Shown: piece after piece, positions 31,514 through 36,579 of the stretch
Layout: each line of letters opens with the position of its first letter
How positions within the stretch are numbered: the first letter of the stretch is position 1
DNA from: Salisapilia sapeloensis CBS 127946
Lineage: Eukaryota > Protista > Oomycota
Direction of reading: 5' to 3'
NCBI GenBank assembly: GCA_023334545.1
Contig: JAADVB010000196.1
Location: 1 to 36,579, forward strand
DNA length: 36,579 nt
The notes under the pieces: model-generated
The model's input: only the letters and a program-made list of their open reading frames with translations
Databases searched by the model: none
Told to the model about the DNA's origin: nothing
Program-made: the position numbers and the translations under genes

Positions 31514-33098
31514 ATGGCACCAACAGAGAATGCGAACGTGGTTATCCTCACTTTCAATGACGTCTACAAATTATTACCCCAAGGAAAACGTGGAGGTGCT
31601 TATCATGCTAAACTGTGTGCTTTGTTCAGATCGAATTACAATGCTTTATCGCGTGTAGGAGTTGCGGAGTTCGCTACTCAGTTGAGGCAGGTCAAGAAAT
31701 CTCTCTCTCCTCACGTCCCCATTATCGTAACTTTAAACGGGGATTTTCTATGGCGGAATGAACACGAATGCAAAGACAAAGGGTATGGAACTCGGTATCT
31801 ATTGATAGGAAGAATGAAGCTTATGATCTTTTTGTTTTCCAAGAGCTCTTATGATCGAATTATGCAACTACTTGGAGATTGATGTTGCCGTCGTTGGCAA
31901 CCAAGACTTCAATTTTGGAGTTAATGCATTGGAAGAGTTGCTATCGAAAGCTTCGTTCACGACTCTTGCTTCCAATATCCGAGTACGGTCGACTGGAAAT
32001 TTGATGGCGAACACCAAAGACACCTTCGTTCGACGTCTATCGAATGGTTTCACACTCGGTCTCTTTGGATTATGCACGACATCCACAGGCTGTACAGGTT
32101 TGGCAGGAAACAATGTATTTTTCGAAGATGAAACAGTTCATGCGAGACGATGTGTAGAATCACTTCGTCGTCAGAACGTCAATGCCATAATCTGCTTAAG
32201 CCATCTTCGCATTGCAGATGAAAGACGGATAGCTCGTCAGGTACCTGATATTGATGCCATCTTGAGTGGCCATGATCATGAGCCCGTGACTACTATCGAA
32301 AGTGGTACGTTCATCCACAAGTCAGGGCAAGATGCGCTATGGCTAGGACAGGTCGAACTACATTCTATTGCTCCTTCACATTGTACGTTTCCAAGGTTTC
32401 ATTTCCAATGGCGAATGCATAACAATATAAGCTACGAACCGAATGAAGACTGTCGTAAAATTATACAAACGTATTACGATAGGATTAGTGGAGAAGAAGA
32501 GCAGATACTAGGGTCGTGTGAGACTGACTTAGACTGTATGCAGTATGGGCTACGTGTACAGACGAGTACGATGGGCAGTTTGGTTGCCGATGCTATTCGA
32601 CAGACAGCTCAAGCCGATGTCGGGATCATGAATGGCGGAGGGATCGTGGGGGATACCGTATATCCGAGTGGGTTTCCATTGACTCCGACGTGGGTGTCGA
32701 CAACCATACCCTTTCAAGAAAACACTTGCGTCCATGTGCGCATGTCTGCTTCCGACCTAACCGACTTGTTGTTGTCACTATTACTAAAGTATCCGCTATC
32801 AAATACATGGCACCCTCATCTATCAGGTCTCTACGCGACGTACGAAACCTCTTGCTCTCCGACCAAGCTCTTCCTGTACCAGGACCCGAACCGATCGGTA
32901 CGAATAAACAGAAATGCGATCCTAAAGATAGCGATGCCGATGGCTTTGGCGAGGTACAAAGAAGTGGGAACGTATTTTGACAATGCGACCTACGAGGACA
33001 CTAGTATCGGTGTCCAGACTGCTTTGAGTACGTTCATCCGTCAACGATCACCCCTACGCTACTTTGCATCGGACAAACGGTTGACTTTTATTGAATAA
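31514..33098 (+). CDS. 5'-nucleotidase/2',3'-cyclic phosphodiesterase family (metallophosphoesterase + 5_nucleotid_C); exons 31514-31595, 31659-31782, 31844-33098; catalytic residues altered
   Basis: ILTFNDVY, GGVAEFAT, NGDFL, GNQDFNFG, CLSHL, LSGHDHEP, KSGQDALWLG, MGSLVADAIR and NGGGIVGD. Introns of 63 and 61 nt. No signal peptide seen. Confidence 0.85.
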
Positions 33099-33105
33099 GA
33101 ATGTA

Positions 33106-34706
33106 TTATTCATCCTCTTCAAGTTGCTTCCCATTCGTTCGACAGTGGATACCCAAAGCATCGGCTGCCCGACACACGTGCGGTAGTCCCCATCCGTAGA
33201 TATTATTTGGATACTTGTCATACGTCGTTGCCCCGCACGAACTTGGGACTAGAAAAGGTTTGTGCAGTCCGTGCCCTGCCGTTTTTATCAGGCTTTCCAC
33301 TATCTTCGTCCTGGACGATGCATCTAAAGATAGATTTCCACTGAGCAAGAGCGCGATGGCTCCAGAGACGTGTGGTGTCGCCATCGACGTTCCAGTTAGA
33401 CGTGCATAGTATGTGTCCGAGACGCTTAATGCCGATCGAATAGCAAATCCAGGCGTAACAAAGTCTGGTTTAATGACGCTGGAAGCAGCGTACGACGACA
33501 TGTTGATTGCAGGACCTTTCCCACTTCCACCCCATAAGGTCGACTGACCGATCAACGCACCCACAGCGATACTTTCTCGCCTCGCACCAGGGTAAAATAC
33601 ACTACTGCACTCGAAGCCGTTGGTATTGCCACTCGCAAAGACAGCGACAAGACCTGCTTTATCCCACACATCCAAGACTTCATCCAGCCACTTCCAGTCG
33701 TCGTATGCAGGCGACTGAGGACTCACGCCAAACGAGTTACTGATCACATGTGCGCCCAAGGTACAATTGGAATCGGATCCGTCACTTTTCGTGGGACACA
33801 AGACCCACTGGGCTGCATGTAGAAAGTCACTCTTGTTACATGCACCTTGGATATCGAACGCCTTGGCTGTAATCCACGTCGCGTCCGGTGCAACGCCAAT
33901 GCCCAATGATCCGACGGCTGTACCCATCGTGTGGGTACCATGCCCGACCACGTCGACGTTGTCTGGTGTCTTGTCACTCGGCTTGGTAGATGGTGTGAAC
34001 CAGAAGGAGTAGTCGAACGTATAGTTGGAGGAAGACGCACAAGGTGCCGTCGCATGGCGGCAGTTACCTAGAATGCTATGAACAATAGAAACACAAGTAG
34101 AGCTATGGGATCCGTACCTCGATAGGAGGACCAGAGTGCTTCATGCGTGTATCGGACACCAGAGTCGATGTTTGCGACGACGATGTTTCTACCTGTGATC
34201 CCAGCTTCCCACAGTCGCTCTGCACCGATCGCTCGGATGTTCGATTGCGCGTTGGATGTTAGTTTGAGCTCTTCACCCTGGAGACTACGCTGTCGAATGT
34301 CTTGCACTGGATGACTTAGATATAAAGCTTTCGAGTCCTGTTCCACAGCAGTAACCTCTGCAAGTTCGTGAAGAAAGTAGAAGAGGTCTGAGGACTCAAA
34401 ACCGTCCGGACGGGTGCGTAGTACAAGTGTATTGGAAATCCACAGCGGCTCAATTTGTACATCAGGATACGCTCTGAGTACATGCGCCTGGACAGTCTCT
34501 TGGGAAAGTTGAATCGACTCTTGGATGCTCGAATACAGCTCATGTCGCGAAACATGATCGATTTGACTTATGATTTCTCCAACGGACGGTTCTAAATGAA
34601 CCAAAAACACCGTTTCAACAGCTTCTGCATTCGAAATGGAAGCGAGTAGACTGCAGGACAATGCTAGAACGTACACGGAGCACGCACGCAGCATCCCACT
34701 TGCCAT
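33106..34706 (-). CDS. Secreted subtilisin-like serine protease (S8, bacillopeptidase F-like) with signal peptide and I9-type propeptide; exons 34706-34118, 34067-33106
   Basis: Catalytic triad IDSGVRYTH (Asp), GHGTHTMG (His) and GTSMATPHVSG (Ser); NIYGWG near the C-terminus. Hydrophobic N-terminus ending ...SNAEA. A 50-nt phase-1 GT-AG intron joins the two track ORFs. Confidence 0.93.
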
Positions 34707-35085
34707 GCTTCCGACTCAGATCTCACTCTAGATGGGCACCAATTAAGCATGAATTAATCTCGTCGCTCTAATCTATCCAATCACCCACCTCTGTTAAAGC
34801 CGTCGTCCACACACCCTCTGGTAAAAGTTCGATATCCTTCCGATCGGCCGATACTCGTGCGAGTGGCATGCTCGAGGTGCATTTAACGTTCCTCCAGCCG
34901 TCATTAGTTCACCAGCGACATCGCTGAGTACTCTCCACACGGCCCTTCCAACGTTCTATCCTTTTTTTCTCGGTTTCATTCGACCGACTCGATTTACCTA
35001 CTTTCGTTCTGGCCATTTGCCATCGATTCTTCCATCCCTCCATCCTCACTTTAACTCCTTTTCTTTCTCGTGAAACACAGTGTAC

Positions 35086-36355
35086 ATGGTACAACCGACA
35101 CTTGTCGTTGACACTTGTGCAAGTCCAGAACTCGTACCACTACTTGCACTCGAAAGTATTCTTGCTGCTATAATCGTCTGGCGAACAGCTCGACATATTT
35201 ATTGGCGCAGTCATGGTCGCCGCATCACCTTCCACCTCGTACGTACAGCTTCCTATGTACCTACGCTCTCTACTCTTATGATTTCATGTAATCTAGGTGC
35301 TATTAATTGCCTGTGCGCTCCGATGGTTCTCCTGGTACTCCCTCTGTGCCTCTTCCCTACTCGTCATCTTCACTCCCTTCCTGTGGTGGAGCCACTCGTT
35401 CCTCCTCCTCTGCGTTGCAGGCATCATCTTCCAGTGGTCCACAGCAGTCTCAGCTGGACACGCCTCCGCGAGAGACGTCCAGCGGACGAAACAGATCTCC
35501 TTCCATCACCCTCTCGTCTTTCTCCACACTGTCCACGTCCTCGTCTCTGCTGGCGGCAGCATCCACGCGCTCACCAATACTCTAACGACTACAGATAAAA
35601 TCTACTTGTTCCTATCTCTCCAAGACCCATTCATGTACGTCTTTCGTATACTGAACATGATCACGGCACTCGTGGACGGCTTGGTAGCGACGTTCATTGC
35701 TGTCCAGCTCTGGCGTCGACTCGTCGATGCCGCCATGTCGGACGAAATGAAGCGCAAGTCTCTCGTCCAAATGTTTCTCCTCGTAACTCCTCTCTGCCTC
35801 TCTCTCCTTCTCTACTTTGTCATGGACGCTTCTGTCGCCTTTGTTGGCTTTGACCGTACGTTTGGTCATGACATAAACATATTCGCCTTTTCTGTGCTGC
35901 AGTATTTCATTCCAAGTACTCTCATTAGCTATATCTTCCTCTACGTCATGCGACGAGTGGAAGCCAAGCACGTTACGCGGCTAGTTGTGATGCAAGACCA
36001 GTCGCTCGTGGAATTTGAAGAATGCTCCTCCCCTTGCGCATGGTGTACCCAGTACCAGCGCAATCCAGGGGAGTGCAACGCTTTCTTCCATCTGGACTGT
36101 GCTGAAGCACAAGGCATGAGGTACCCATCCCAACCTCGACCCAAGAACGATGGCTCTCCTCACACAATCGACTCAAGCTCCCACTCAAGTCCTTACAATC
36201 GAGATCGAGCACATACACCTCATGGGAGCATCCCGATGCTAGCACAAGAGAGGTACCCATTGACAGCAGCAGCAGACGAGAGACAGAGATACTTGTTATC
36301 ACAAGCAGCACGGAATAACGAGAGTTTTACGAGTCGCATCACCTTCTTTCGATGA
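35086..36355 (+). CDS. Multi-pass membrane protein, TOM1/THH1 (DUF1084)- or GPCR-like; exons 35086-35238, 35297-36355
   Basis: About 7 hydrophobic segments followed by a polar C-tail. RRITFHL|VLLIACALRW is joined by a 58-nt phase-0 GT-AG intron. The family assignment is tentative. Confidence 0.65.
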
Positions 36356-36426
36356 ACTGCTCTATCTTCTAGCTAGGCTGCTAGCAACCAACTACTAATA
36401 AAATCTTAAGTTGTTATACGTCAGTA

Positions 36427-36579
36427 TTAAAGCGAGTAGTGGGAGCACCAGAGTTTAGCATCCTGACGGATGTTCCATTGCTGTCGGATGCTGCCGACGG
36501 TGGCGACGTAGGTCTGTTGGAACGGAGGAGGTAGAGAACGTCGGCTGGACAGTCGAGGCGTGGCTACCTTTAGCTTTTC
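36427..36579 (-). CDS. Partial (3' end) ORF, paralog of 1..153
   Basis: The minus strand ends ...AKLWCSHYSL* with TAA at 36427-36429. Confidence 0.55.
   Translation of the reverse strand, partial: EKLKVATPRLSSRRSLPPPFQQTYVATVGSIRQQWNIRQDAKLWCSHYSL
36439..36579 (-). repeat. Right copy of the 141-bp terminal inverted repeat
   Basis: The reverse complement reads gaaaagctaaaggtagcc...ggtgctcccac, identical to 1-141. Confidence 0.97.

Noticed and set aside
1-36579. Complete linear virus, Polinton/Maverick or linear plasmid with ITRs
   Set aside because: No capsid, packaging ATPase, protein-primed PolB, integrase or transposase was recognised. The interior genes are spliced nuclear housekeeping genes, and the exact 141-bp length fits an assembly k-mer.
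1-36579. tRNA, rRNA, CRISPR arrays, telomeric repeat tracts
   Set aside because: No T-loop/cloverleaf signature, rRNA-like segment, spaced direct repeats or tandem TTTAGGG-type array was seen; a covariance-model scan was not possible.

Overview
Eukaryotic nuclear DNA, not prokaryotic or viral. It is a compact, intron-containing genome, most likely a stramenopile and probably an oomycete. That call is an inference from the gene set, the GT-AG introns of about 50-90 nt with CTAAC/CTGAC-like branch points, and the centriolar gene SSNA1. About 20 genes can be modelled by hand: NDP-glucose 4,6-dehydratase, EME1, a class A flavin monooxygenase, XRCC3, a CAMK-type kinase, eIF4E, a three-domain BtuF-like/Cys-rich/PP-loop fusion, a large EF-hand protein, a mitochondrial orphan, THOC5, SSNA1, a 5'-nucleotidase-like protein, an S8 subtilase and a TOM1/THH1-like membrane protein. 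Several spliced genes are invisible or fragmented in the ORF track. The main signals are: (1) the cobalamin-binding-like + Cys-cluster + bacterial-type PP-loop ligase fusion with no signal peptide, a candidate cytosolic corrinoid salvage/repair module; (2) the two window ends are exact 141-bp inverted copies, each the 3' end of the same inward-pointing ORF, and the exact 141 length looks like a k=141 assembly-graph junction; (3) a 5'-nucleotidase whose catalytic His-Asp dyad is substituted; (4) extreme gene packing, including overlapping stop codons. No rRNA, tRNA, CRISPR, transposase or viral hallmark gene was recognised. All assignments come from reading motifs by eye; no searches were run.
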